Of a stretch of 64,000 bases of DNA, positions 46,778-61,968 are shown piece by piece. This stretch comes from Eledone cirrhosa (lineage: Eukaryota). Both the position numbers and the translations under genes were made by a program. Within the stretch, counting starts at the first letter, position 1. The number at the start of each line of letters is the position of its first letter. Below the pieces are notes generated by a model. The model ran no database searches, was not told the origin of the DNA, and saw only the letters and a program-made list of their open reading frames with translations. The stretch is from assembly GCA_964016885.1 (NCBI GenBank), contig OZ024743.1, forward strand, positions 258,726,001-258,790,000, given 5' to 3'.

Positions 46778-46954
46778 TACTTTGTCACATATTACAAAAT
46801 ATTTGACCAATAAAATATGATTGTTGTATTTTAACTAAAGTAGGAATTATAGCAGAATATTCATTGTAGCCTATTCAATGCAAATCATCTAAAATTGTCA
46901 AGAAGGCTGAGAGTGTCTTAGCAAAACCTTTGTCAGCCAGTCTCCAGCTATCTA

Positions 46955-47576
46955 TTTAAAGCTGTATATAGCTATGGTGCGGCCACACTTAGAATTTGTA
47001 TCACTAGTCTGGAACCCCTATCTTGCTCAGAACATCGACCGCCTGGAAACTGTGCAGGGACATGCAACCAAGTGAATACCCTCCATCAGGCATCTACCAT
47101 AGTCTGAATGCCTTGCTTCCATGGACTTAGATGCATTGAAGCTCTGATGTCTGGCAACTGACTTGGTAAACACCCACAAAATGATTAACCATCTTGCCAA
47201 TAACAACCCTGAGCACCTTTTTGAATTCCATGTGTCTAACACACGTGGGCATGCCTACAAAGTCAGAAAACAGCACAGCTCCCATGACTTTCGGAAACAT
47301 TTTTTCATACTCAGAGTTGCTGAAGCATGGAACAAACTACCTTCATCAGGTGTTAGCTGCTGAGACATTGCACTTTTTAAAACCTCCATGCTTCCTGAAA
47401 TTCGCCAACACTACACTTGATATCCCCCCTCCATACACATGCACACAGGTATATCATGACTCATACACTGTTCACTTTCCTGACATTTGTACATTATTCT
47501 ATGTACTATACATGCACCTTTGATGAGTTGTAGTGCACCTGAGAACTGTACACAATAATTTCATTATTATTATTAT
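46955..47576 (+). mobile_element. CR1/L2-group LINE 3' fragment
   Basis: VRPHLEF..VWNPY..LETVQ..ATK..TRGH.YK..RKHFF..RV..WNKLP; (ATT)n tail. Confidence 0.85.
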
Positions 47577-47925
47577 CTAGATAAAAATATTATTAGTTTT
47601 GTCCAGTGGTGTTGTTTTGAATACTGCTCCCATTTACAGTCAGCATATATAATGCTTCACCCATAGATGAATCATTTGGTATGTTACCTGTGAAAACACA
47701 TGACCAAAAAATATATATAGAATTTTTTTATTTATCTTCTTTTGTTTTTTGCACAATCAGAACCTCTGAAATTCAAAACAACACCTGAAGGCTATTTTGA
47801 AAGCCATAAATAAAATAAAATACAAAATAAAGTTAACATTGGCTTATGAATGAAATATTATGAAACATTTACTTACTCATTTCTGTAATTCAGGAAAGTG
47901 TATTTAGATTTCTACATTGTGGTTT

Positions 47926-48100
47926 TCACCCTCCTTTGACTCTCTGGCCATTTTCCAGATGGACTGCTAGATTGACCACTGTTGGGTGGCATTGGTGGAT
48001 ATCAAATCCAAAGATCCGCCAGATAGCTTCATTGCTGGAGATGTATTGACCTGTCTGATACCACTTGACCTCATTCAACCCACCATTGAGTTTCTTGTCA
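47926..48100 (-). mobile_element. Helitron Rep/helicase fragment
   Basis: NEVKWYQTGQYISSNEAIWRIFGFDIHQCHPTVVNLAVHLENGQRV resembles the conserved Helitron segment DEI..Y..RY.S..EA.WRIF..IH..P.V..L.VHL. Confidence 0.75.
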
Positions 48101-48129
48101 GTAACAAAGGTAAGCATGTCTGCATGTGA

Positions 48130-48482
48130 ATTGTGATGCTGCATGATAGTGGAATATGGGTAGTGATTGTATAGGACATTCATAGGCCGGTGAGAAATGA
48201 AGCAACCATGTTTTTTTGGATGCACAATGTAAATGTGAGAGAAAGGCAGAGTTTGGATGAACTGAAGGAGAAACTGGTTTTAAGAAGAATCTGGAGTGGT
48301 GTGCAAGAGAGAAGCCTGCATTAGTACAGACATATGATGCACATACAGGATGATCAATACCAGTGGAAGGAATCCACAGTAGATATAGACCAAGGAAAAC
48401 CTGAGACTCACAGAGGAGAGAATTAAGGAACACAGCAAGTGGAGAGGTGCTGTGCTGAAAGGCAACCATTCAACCCATGCAA
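48130..48482 (+). mobile_element. Decayed RTE 3' fragment
   Basis: Aligns by eye to 41560-41965. Confidence 0.7.
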
Positions 48483-49458
48483 CAAAAACATTTTTTTTTT
48501 TTTTCAAAAAAATGTATTCGAGTTTTGCCTTCAAAAACATTATTTTCGTTTTGCCTTGTTTTCTGAAGTTTATTATTATTAATCTGCGACGAACATGTTC
48601 TTTCTTCTCCCACCAATAATTTCAATGGATTACATTTTTAACACAATATCTTATTTTCCTCTTCTTGCCTTTTTTCGTTCCTTTTTCTGTTTTCTTTCTT
48701 TACTTCTGTTTTTTAGTCTCACGAGACTTTCATTGCTATAAAATGCATAATACCTTCTCCTAGTTATCACATCACATTCTGTTTATCTATTATGGCTTAA
48801 TTGCTATAAGTTATTTTTTTGTCTTGTATTTTACACCATGGACAGCCTTTTGGCTTGTGTCAGATGCTGTGACCCTCATTGGACCAGCAGTACTGTTGGT
48901 AGGGGTTGAAACTGCCAGTAGTCCATCTTCACGGCTGAAGAATTTAGGGTTCTGTCTTTTGTTTGCCTTTTTATTTTTTTTTTTTAATTTAATATTTCGA
49001 CTTTAAAAATCTTTTCTTTTTTCATTTTGCCTTGTTTTGTTCGTAGTTTTCTCTTTGTTAATGTTCCTATGATTATGATTATATATATATATATACAAAT
49101 GAATATATGATAAATACTAATACAAGTATATAAGTGTTTGTATTGCAAATGACCAAGTTAGCTAGATTGAAAAATACTAATTAAATTAATACAGTTTGCC
49201 TGTCTCAATTTAAAATAATAAATCAATAAAAACAAACCTATATTGGCAATAGCCGTGATAGCCGGACAAATTAAAATTCCCATTCCTGTGCTCATCTGCA
49301 GGTATCCAGAAATTGGTATGTTTCACTTCAAAATACTTAGGAAGACTGAGAGAAATATACTTGTATTAGTGTTTATCATATATTCATTTGTATTACACGG
49401 CTCAGAAATATCTCTTTCTTTGAGCTATTTAATTGTAAAAGACTGTTTGAGTTTATAA

Positions 49459-49496
<38 letters not shown>

Positions 49497-49502
<6 letters not shown>

Positions 49503-49757
49503 CAAATGAGGTCGTGTAGGTGTCACGACAAAAAAACACACAGTCCACGCTGTAATGTGGCCGTGTAGGTAACACGGTAAAAACCTCCCAGTCCACACTG
49601 TAAACGTGGTTGGTGTTAGGAAGGGCATCCAGCCATAGAAAACCCGCCAGACAGTCCTATGCGAGCAAGACAACCACTCTTGCCTCAAGTGGAAAACTCC
49701 CGTCCAAACCCATGCAAGCGTGGAATATGGACATTAAACGATGATGATGATGATGAT
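49497..49757 (+). mobile_element. RTE 3' UTR tail
   Basis: Matches 37990-38235, with a (TGA)n end. Confidence 0.8.
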
Positions 49758-49879
49758 ATATAGCCTTGCTCTGAGTTAATTTGGTGTTAATGAACCTCTA
49801 AAGAAAAACAAACTTTGAATTATACAATGTAGATCACGACCTGACTATAAAGATCTAAACTAGATACAATTGTAAAAAA

Positions 49880-50620
49880 CTAGTAAATTTGGTGAAGAAT
49901 TTCACCATATTGAAGCAGTACAATTTCTTATGATAGCAGCCTGGATACTGAGGTGGATCACCACATCCAGATTGCTGCGGTCACTTTTGGAAATAACATA
50001 GCATAAAACTATCAACAAAATCCAAAGTGTAATAAGCAGTAGTGCTATCCCCTCTGATATACTCTGTTGAGACATGCACACTCTATTGTCGATACATTAA
50101 AGATTTTATAAGATACCAATTGCACCATCTACAATCCATTATGAGTATTTTCTGGCAAGACCACATCTCCAACTTGGTGGTTCTGTAGCATGCAAATATG
50201 TTTAACATTGAGTCCATCATGCCTGAGACAGCTACACTGAATAATATAATTCATGTTGAGGACACTAGGATTCCAAAGGCTGTGCTCTATAGGGAGGTGG
50301 TATATGGAAGCCATCAAGTGGAATTGATACCATCAAACACCTTAATGAAGTTGGTGGCCTGACTATGACAACATGAGAGAACACTGCTACTGACCACAAA
50401 AAGTGGAAGAGGGCTGTAAAAAAAGGAGTAAAGTTGCAGAATCAAACTGGCTGGGACAACAACAATGAAACTGAGAAAGAATGAGATCAATATCTACCAC
50501 ACAGGCACTACCAACTGTATTCTGTAATATCTGCTGGTGTGGTTATGCTAGTGTTTTTGATCTACAGTCTCGTGAAAGAGCGAAGTATCATTGATGGAGT
50601 TCATTGTTTAATTATTATTA
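49880..50620 (+). mobile_element. Highly decayed RTE-like LINE 3' end (different family)
   Basis: Remnant STKSKV..AVVLSPLIYSVETCTLY; (ATT)n end. Confidence 0.5.
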
Positions 50621-51045
50621 TTTGAAGAAAAAAATGTAACACCAATATGTGATTGTGAGTGGCAGCTGAAAAGGAGGATATGTATGTTCTTCTGGTTTCA
50701 TAATTTTATAAATTTTATCAAGAGAGACAGTTAGACATATGACTCTTTCATTTGAACTTAGACAACATCACCTAGGAAAATATGTATGCATGTCTCATTA
50801 ATTCTGCAGAGTTGTTCTCTTTTGTGCTAATCTTTAATATAATATTGGCAACTGCTGGGCAGCTGACTTCCACTACTGTTTATGCCTTCTTTTCTCTGTC
50901 CCATATAATTATATCTGGTCTTTTATGCTTGCTTTTTATTTGGGTTTTGACTGGAACATTCCACCAATACTCTTTCATATTATGTATGTATATATATTCC
51001 ACATTGCTGTAACTTTCAATATGTTTATTGTTGGGGCTATCTTTT

Positions 51046-51990
51046 TTATGGATTGAATTGTAATGTTTTGGCTACTACATCATGCCTCATACGTAGATAG
51101 TACCGTGATGATATCTTTGGACTGCTGTTTATGATATGGGTGACATCTTTGTTGCTAATTCCACAGAGTGTGCATCTGTTGTCACATCTAGTTGTTTTGC
51201 TTGCATCCCTATCTCTTTTGTGAATCAGGTATTTTGTATTGATTTCCTGTTCTTGAATATGCAAAAGCATATCCTTCAAAGTGAGAGCTAATATATTGGT
51301 TGTTGGTCCAAGATAGACTACTTTATTTATTTATATTACTCTCACTTTGGAGCTTCCTTGGCAACATAACCATGCATGATTTTTTGGTGATAAGTATGCA
51401 GTTTCACATCCATGGATTCATTGCAGTATTGCTGTGCAATTTCCTTGGATGTGAATTGTTGGCTATCATATACGGACTATACCTGAAGGAGCTCCTTCCC
51501 ATCTCTCATGGTGTTATCCATCTTATGCAGACAGACTTGCTCAATAGATGGGCTCCTACACTTGTTGTCAGAGGGATATGATGCAACACTTGAATACTGT
51601 CTGGACTGATGTAAAGCCTCTGCCTCCCTGTTTATGTTTCAGATTGAGATGGTCTATGTCACTGTTGATGTGGGAATTTCCAGTGTTGGTTAGAATTTTT
51701 CAGGTTTTGCTGCTTTCAGGACAGGTACAGTAAACACATTGCAGGCCATTAGTTTACCATGTGCAAAGTTTAGAAGACCATATTTTTCTTATTTTGGGTG
51801 TTATATTCCCTGGTTATGCATTCCTTGTTACAAATACCATGATAGGATATATTTTCATCTGTCCCAAAGTATCTGTAGCATTCCTCTTCAGGTACTGGTG
51901 AAACAGTCAGGCCATTGATAGAAATGTTGCTAAATTGGCTTGTAGCTTTTCCCTGCTTTACAATAATATATGAACATTTATCCTGGCCAT
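51046..51990 (-). mobile_element. R4/Dong-like (restriction-like endonuclease class) non-LTR retrotransposon fragment
   Basis: YRYFG RT motif, GGRG, QEQEINTKY..CTLC..VTHII..RHDVVAK zinc knuckle and RHD motif. Confidence 0.7.
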
Positions 51991-52207
51991 GTATGTATAT
52001 ATGCCTGCATGCATATTGCATATAGGTAGAGCTCTAAATAACTTTAAATTAACAATTAAAATTGATTTTAGAAAGTATTTCATTAAAATAAAATTACTGT
52101 TATAAAATAATTATTTTTAAATTATCATTGCTATAGATATGCTGATTAGCATGAGTATCTACCTATGTGTATGTAATATATATATATATAGAGAGAGAGA
52201 GGGGGGT

Positions 52208-52356
52208 AGAACACTGGAAGGTAATATCCCTAGGGGTAGAGCACTCAGTCCATGGAACGAGTTTGGTAGAAGTAGTAACACAACAGTTAGTTCACCATAC
52301 CGAGAACAATTAACAATTGTTCTCGGTATGGTGAACTAACTGTTGTGTTACTACTT
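52208..52356. mobile_element. Family I fold-back fragment
   Basis: About 42-bp inverted arms 52269-52311 / 52314-52356; homologous to 61666-61770. Confidence 0.7.
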
Positions 52357-52363
52357 ATATACA

Positions 52364-54806
52364 CAGTGAGTCCTCGATATAGAGTATATATGTGTTCCTG
52401 AAACCCTTACTGTATATCGAATTACCGTATAAAGAACCCATTATAACATTCACATCGAAAAAGTCATCCCTACAGAAAAGAAATAATGTTTTTTATTTAT
52501 TTACTGTACCTTACACATGCCGCGTAGTCCATCAGATGATGTGCCTCTTCATTTGTCCCTCCCGAGGCTAAGGGACAGTATGGGTTTCAGCCCTTACTCA
52601 TCTTGGGCTGAGTTGGCAGGGGAGGATGAGGGTGATGTGGGAGGCTCAAAACCAACAAACTCGTTGACTGCAGTGGATGTTGAAGGGCCAGCTGCAGCAC
52701 AATTGGCAGGTGTGACTGGCTTCAAGAAAGAATAGATGGAGGACTTTTTGGCAGTGTTTCTTTTGGCTTCATATATTTCTTTGTAAATCTTGACGCTTTT
52801 CTCGACGTCTTGAGCCACTTTGCTGCTCCTAGCAGGGTTGGGGTCACGCTCCTTCAGGGTTTCTAAGATTGTTTCGATACTCCCGAGACATTCTCTTAGA
52901 GTTTTTATGTCCAAGCCTGTTCTTCTTCCTCCTCTTCTTCTTTTTCTGTCTCCTGTATTGCCTTGTCTAGTTCTATGAGTTCATCATTGGAGAGTGGTTC
53001 AGTGTGACTTTCCAAAAGGTCTTGCACATCATCATCATTAACACCATCGAAGCCAGCTCTATGGCAGAGATTTACAATATCTTTTTTATCGCACCAATGT
53101 CCTCAGCAAAGCCTTGGAAGTCATTTACACATGCTGGCCATAATTTCTTCCAGGCCAAGTTCATTGTAGACTGCTTCACTTCTTCCCAAGATGCCTTGAT
53201 GTTGTCTAAGCTGTGCTTGATGTTGTACAATTTCCACCATTCTCTGATTGTGGGCTTGTTAGGCCCATCTGTGCCCTTTATCAGCTGCTGCATGGTTCTC
53301 CGTTAAATATTTTGATGACTGTTTGATCCATCAGCTGAATGAAAGCTGTAGTGTTTGGGGGGGAGAAACAAAACCTCAATATTTTCTGACCAGTCTTCCA
53401 TTGCCCGTGGGTGGCTGGGGCATGTCCACTAATAGCAGAAAACGGTTGGCAATATTGTTAGCTAATACATATTCCTTAAGGGTTGGTGACAGATATGAGG
53501 TAAAAAAATCCTGGTGAATTGAAGTGATCAGCCATGCCTTTTTATTAGACTTCCATATCACTGGTAGGTATTGCTTAAGTAACCCCTTGAGTGCTCTTGG
53601 AGTTTCAGAATGGTAGATAATGGGTGGCTTTAGCTTTAAATCTCCTTCTGCATTCCCTCCAAGTAACAGAGTAGCGCGGTCTTTTGAGGCTTTGAACCCC
53701 TTCGCACTTTTCTCCTCCTTGTCAATATAAGTATTACTGGTCATCTTTTTCCAATAAAGTCCCATTTCATCATAATTAATAACCTGTTTTTTGCTGTACC
53801 CCTTCTCTGCAATGCATTTCTCTAACTCTGCCTTGAATTTTTCAGCATTCTTTTTGTCAGAACTGGCAGCCTCACCTGTAACTTTTATGTTGTGAAGACT
53901 TGAACGTCGTTTGAACTTATCAAACCAGCCTTTGCTTGCCTTGAATACAAAGTCCTCCACCCCATTTCAGTCTTGAGCCTGTCAATAATGGACAATGCTT
54001 TCTCACTGATTACATTTAAAGACAGAGGCATATTTTGACGATTTGGGTCGTTGATCCAAATTTTGAGCAACCTATCCATAATTGGCTCACGATGTTTGGT
54101 CAACAATTTACTCTGTAGACTCGTAGATTTCTCCCCAGCTTTTTTGATAGCCTCGCTATTTTTTAAAACAGTCCAGACTGTAGACTGGGCTAGGCCTAAG
54201 TTACGACTTATGGCAGACGTACCTTGCCCCTGTTCCTTCCTTTTCAAAATGTCCAGCTTTATCTCCAAAGTCAGGCTCTTCCTTATGCATTTGACCTTTC
54301 CATCTGCATCAGCTATATTCGCAGGACGTTTTGGGACCATTTTGGTTATAAGATATGCCGTGATAATTATGCTCCCAAAACACGCCGTCAGGTTTTCTCT
54401 TACTTTGAATGACGTCATAACTCTTAACTGATCACTTCAGTTCGGCAAAAATTCTCTCACTGAGAGGACACACTAGTTTGCCGAACTGAAGTGATCAGTT
54501 AAGAGTTATGACGCCATCACCGATATCTGAACTCATGCGTGATTGGCCAGTTTCTCGGTAAGGTCAGTTAGTACGATAGCAGTAGTAACACAATTTTCCT
54601 AGAATTCGAATAGCAGTCAATTTCCACGAATTCAAGGGGGAATGTATTGCTTACTACAGGTGGCGTTATGGTACAATATAAACAAAACACGACCCAAAAC
54701 CGTATCTGTGAATTTTTTATACCGTAAATAGAATTGATGGTAGTAATTACCCAAAACCATATCTGTGAATTTACCGGATAAAGAACTACCGTATATCGAG
54801 GACCCA

Positions 54807-54809
<3 letters not shown>
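52364..54809 (-). mobile_element. Tigger/pogo DNA transposon, frameshifted transposase
   Basis: TIRs CAGTG(A/G)GTCCTCGATATA. CENP-B-type HTH (RKSLTLEIKLDILKR; FKASKGWFDKFKRR) and DDE_1 motifs (NYDEMGLYWK, NKKAW, LLLVD). Confidence 0.92.
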
Positions 54810-54854
<45 letters not shown>

Positions 54855-54856
<2 letters not shown>

Positions 54857-57183
54857 TTATTCAGGTTTGAGGTTCACCACTGGATAGAGCTGGTCAATTC
54901 CGTATGGTCAATCGCAATGTAATAATATAGAGAGTACTCAACGTACAGCAGTTCAACAGTCTTTGTTTTTGTAGTTGGTGGTGCTAGTACGGAGTTAAAT
55001 ATTATAATGAAATGACAGGAGGCTGGATTTGTGTAAATCCTTGAAAGGTTTATTATACTATGATCATTTCAATGACCGGGTTCCGTATGAATCCGGTGAT
55101 ATCATCAGGTATTCGAAATATAATACGTGAATGTAATAGATAAAATCCATGGGGCTGAAAATCAAGGACCCGAGGGCGACCGCCATCCACCATCTTCTAC
55201 CTTTGCCGGTCGCTCCCGAGTGACGTGGCTAAAGCTTACAGTGTGCTACTACCGGTCAGATAAAGGAAAACAGAAAGGGATGGGAACATAAGTTAGCGTT
55301 AATATCATGCCACAAGAAAAAAGAAAGAAAGAAGAGAGAAGAAGGGGGAAGGAAGAAGAAGAGAAGCCAGGGTTAATGTCTTGATCTCTCCATTTACTCC
55401 ACCACCACTCTTGTTTGTTTATTTATATCTGTATATCTTTCTACCTTTGCTGTATTAATGCTTTTTCCACGTATTCTACTTCTATACATCCATGTACTTT
55501 TTACTTCCCTTATTCGGACTTTTACTCGCGTGTACCCTTAGCACACGACACTGGAATGTCTCCCCCTGGGAACATAAATCCTGCAACCTGAACTATATTG
55601 TACTTCTCCTATGTCTTGATTTCTCCATCTTACTCCACCACCACTCTTGTTGGTTTATTTATATATTTATATTTATATATTTATATATTTATACCTTGGC
55701 TTTATCAATGTGCTTTTCCACGTATTCCACTCCTATGTATCCATGTATTTCTACTCCTCCTATTGGGACTTTTGCTCACTTGTACCCATTAGCACATGAC
55801 ACTAGAATGTCTCCCCCTGAGAACAAAAATAAATATTACCCGACTATATCCCTTACTCTACATCCCACTAGGATAAACTATAGAAGATCTACATAATACA
55901 ATTAACGTTTCTTCATAAAAGACTCTCTTTAACTAAACCCCGCAACCCAAAACCTTAAAAAAGTTTTTTTTTAATGTTTAATTTTCAATTTTCTGTTTGT
56001 TCAATTCTCAATCTTCTTACTCTTTAATTTTATAATGTTATTCTGAATTCTTTCAACTTCATCCTATAAATTTAAACAATATTTTAACGTTCCAACTTTC
56101 TGTCGGACTGTTGGGCTGGTTTTCCTGGCGGCGCGACCGGCCCCCTGGCGCATAGGCCTACCTTGAGTGCTTGGAAAAATAAATTTCCCCTTCTTTCGGT
56201 AAATGAAACTACTCGGAGTGGCTTGATTCGCCCCAGGGGCCCGGCGCGCAGCCGGTTTTTTAACCGCCACATAGTACCTTTAAATTACAGATCAAATCAG
56301 AACTATTAGATATATCAACCTTAAAATGTTAATCTGTTTAACTTTAAATTTTCTAATTTCTTTAATATTAAATATTAATTTTTAACTTCATCCTATAAGT
56401 CTAAACAAAAACGTAACGTTCCAATCTTCTGCTCACACATTATAACACACTGACACCCACTATATTTACCTCTGCTAAGATACGGGTCCCTGTGAAAATG
56501 TTTTCGCGCCACTCCTTTCCTGACTGTAGTCTGACATTAATATCGACCTTTCTTCCTCTTTCTTTCTATCTTTCTTCTTGTAGCCATCAACCCTGACTTT
56601 TCTACTTCTTCCTTTTCTTCCTTCTCTTCTCCCTTCTTTCTGTCTTCCTCCCGCAGACTTATCTTCCTTCCCCTTTTTGTTTGCCTATATTTGACCGGTA
56701 GTAGTTGTTAAGATACGGGTCCCTTAGAATAAAAAATTTCTTCGCGACAATCCTGGCCTGACTGTAATACCGACCTTTCCTCCTCTTTCTTTCTGTCTTT
56801 CTTCTTATAGCTGACATTAACCCTGGTTTCTCTTCTTCTTCCTTCCCCCTTCTTCTCTCTTCTTTCTTTTTTTTTTCTTGTGGCATGATATTAACGCTAA
56901 CTTATGTTCCTATCCCTTTCTGTTTTCCTTTATCTGACCGGTAGTAACACACTGTAAGCTTTAGCCACGTCACTCGGGAGCGACCGGCAAACGTAGAAGA
57001 TGTTGGATGGCGGTCGCCCTCGGGTCCTTGATTTTCAGCCCCATGGATTTTATCTATTACATTCACGTATTATATTTCGAATACCTGATGATATCACCGG
57101 ATTCATACGGAACCCGGTCATTGAAATGATCATAGTATAATAAACCTTTCAAGGATTTATACAAATCCAGCCTCCTGTCATTT

Positions 57184-57188
<5 letters not shown>
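54855..57188. mobile_element. HHR element family J: head-to-head arms; HHR 57081-57138 (+) and 55055-55112 (-)
   Basis: ATAC-CTGATGA-..ACCGG..CCGGT..-GAAA-TGATCA-TA-GTAT. 55005-55380 is inverted at 56812-57188. (TA)n flanks. Confidence 0.85.
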
Positions 57189-57261
<73 letters not shown>

Positions 57262-57265
<4 letters not shown>

Positions 57266-58053
57266 ATAATAATAAATTTGAAGACTAAAATCCAAAGAGG
57301 GCTCGATAAGGATAAATATATATCAAATATATAAGAACCGTAAAGCAAATATTTATTAAAATAACAGATTAAAGTTTAAGCAAAGAATCGCTGCTTTTCA
57401 CCCTTTACGGGATCTTCTGAAACTAAAAAAGTCAATCTGTGAACGCAGAAGTAAATATTTCAAAAAACGTTGCAACCGGAGGAAGACAGGAAGACGATAT
57501 TTTGGTTCGTGGAAACGTTCCCTGGCAAAGAACGGGAAAAAAACGAAGATAATACGTCATTATTTGGAGCAGTGAAAAACAATTACACGCAAAGACAAAA
57601 CCACGTTTATGGTATAAAAGAAGTCGTAGACTAATATTCAATTAGGTGCTTCATGGAGACATTCTCTGGCATTGAACGGAAAAAACGAAGATAATACGTC
57701 ATATGTGGAGCGAAGAGAACAATTGCACGCAAAGACAAAACCACGTAAATGGTATAACTAAAGTCGTAGACTAAAATTCTAACTAGGAAACCGAATGATT
57801 CTCGGCTTCAGAGTTAAGAATAAAGTAAATAAAATACAGAGGTAATTGAAATTAAATAAATACATACACGCATCCAAATACGTACATACACAAGCATACG
57901 CGAAAACCCTCGCCATAGATATACAAATACAAACACGTACACAAAAAAAAACCCGCGCGCACATACAGAACCCACGCAACGCCTGTACCTGCACAAATAC
58001 GAATGTATACACCAAATGCACATAAAAATATATATAGAAAAATATATATAAAA

Positions 58054-58094
<41 letters not shown>

Positions 58095-60066
58095 CGTGTA
58101 TACATATAATTAAATAAACGTATATAAATAAATAAATACGTATATAACGCGCGCACACACATACCTACAGGTAAATACACATATGTACGGAGACTACGTC
58201 AACCAAAACACAAAGTACACATATACACACACCCTACATACGTACGAACCCGCATACTCACACAGATGCAAAACTCGCGTATACACATAACCAAATGCAT
58301 ATGTACCAGAATATATAATATATACGCCATAACATATACAATCAAATATACGTACGAGAAAGTATACGTACCCTCACAAAACATACAGGTAATATATACT
58401 TACCTATACATATAAACATGACATATACTTAACTACCACATCAAGACTTAAAATATCCGCGTATAGTTCGTACTATCCGTTAGGGTATAATGTGGGGCTG
58501 TAATACAGGAAAGTTTTGTATAATTTATGTTTACAAGCCGAAATTGCCTCGGATTTTTTCTTTAAGATGTAGTCTTTGGCGTAGAGTATTTCTAGTGCCT
58601 CAGCGGCGCAGAGGTCATATGGTCTTTTATTTCCGTTATACGATCTAGCCTTAGCGATCTAGCCTTAGCTAGGATCTCCCAGTGTAACTTATATTGGATG
58701 TGGTTGTCTTTTAGACTCCAGATATAAGCTGAAAGTGACGTCATATTCCTTCTTAAAGGGTTAAGAAAAGAATGGGTATGCATGTAAAGACGCTGCTTGA
58801 ATCTATTGGCGGTTAACCCGATGTAGGCCCTACGGGACGTGGGTGTTTCAACCTTAAATTTGTAGACAATGTTACTAGAGAGGCATTTCCCGGATAGGGG
58901 GCAGTCAACCCGATTCCTACAATTACAGTTAGTACTAGCTACAGGTCTGCACGTGTTCCTACGGCTAGGTAGTTTAGCTAAATTTGAAGCTGTGATGTTA
59001 TGTGCAAGGTTAGGAGTCGTAGAGTAAGACATTTTAATGGTATTTCTATTAAAAATTTTACTATATTTATGTGTTGGGGAAAATGCTTCATAATAAGGGA
59101 GAGAAAGATCTTAGCTAATGGTTTGGCCACCTCCATATTATATGGTGGGTTATACCATATAATGCGTCGGGATCTATTTTTTCTAGGTCTATTCTCGTAC
59201 TCTGTATATGCTTCATTGTAATATGTGGAATGGTCGTTGAAAATATGCTCGTTAGTAGATAGACGGGAAAGCCTCAAAGAAACGTTGCTTACCAGGTTCT
59301 TGGTTATGCTTGCAGGATAGTTAGAATGCTTACTTATGTAATTAAGAGTATCATTTGGTTTTCTATACGGGTAGTGCAAGCCATTCGACAAATTGAGGGT
59401 AACGTCGAGGTAATTAACGACCGAGAGGTTGGCTTCAATCTGTATGAAGAGGTTGAAGCCTTTAAAGAAGGCTGTGAGTTCTTTTCTGAACCTGTCGCAA
59501 GCACGTGGGCCGCACTTTGTCATGGTCAAAAGATCATCATCATATGGCGAGGGTTTTCGCGTATGCTTGTGTATGTACGTATTTGGATGCGTGTATCTAT
59601 TTATTTAATTTCAATTACCTCTGTATTTTATTTACTTTATTCTTAACTCTGAAGCCGAGAATCATTCGGTTTTCTAGTTAGAATTTTAGTCTACGACTTC
59701 AGTTATACCTTTTACGTGGTTTTGTATTTGCGTGCAATTGTTCTCTCCGCTCCACATATGACGTATTATCTTCGTTTTTTCCGTTCATTGCCAGAGAACG
59801 TCTCCATGAAGCACCTAATTGAATATTAGTCTTTGCGTGTAATTATTTTTCCACGCTCCAAATAATGACGTATTATCTTCGTTTTTTCCCGTTCTTTGCC
59901 AGGGAACGTTTCCACGAACCAAAGTATCGTCTTCCTGTCTTCCTCCGGTTGCAGCGTTTCTTGAAATATTTACTTCTGCGTTCACAGATTGACTTTTTTA
60001 GTTTCAGAAGATCCCGTTAATGGTGAAAGCAGCGATTTTTTGCTTAAACTTTAATCTGTTATTTTA

Positions 60067-60070
<4 letters not shown>
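57262..60070 (-). mobile_element. 5'-truncated Penelope-like element (family P master type) with inverted 5' pseudo-LTR
   Basis: ORF remnant 58475-59530 on the minus strand, 3' UTR to 57262, inverted copy of the UTR end at 59543-60070, (TA)n on both sides. Confidence 0.9.
58475..59529 (-). pseudogene. PLE RT thumb + GIY-YIG endonuclease, frameshifted
   Basis: VNYLDVTLNL, YRKPN, WYNPPY, CNCR..CPL.GKC, IVYK..YIGLT..FKQR..H..SF, WEIL. Confidence 0.88.
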
Positions 60071-60110
<40 letters not shown>

Positions 60111-60123
60111 TTATATATATATA

Positions 60124-61800
<1,677 letters not shown>

Positions 61801-61880
61801 TATCTATACATATATATATATATACATATATATGTATGTGTGTGTATGTATGTATATGTATATATACATGTGTGTATTTG

Positions 61881-61965
<85 letters not shown>

Positions 61966-61968
<3 letters not shown>

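Noticed and set aside
48820-48965. GC-richer island as a possible host exon
   Set aside because: No convincing splice pair or recognisable peptide
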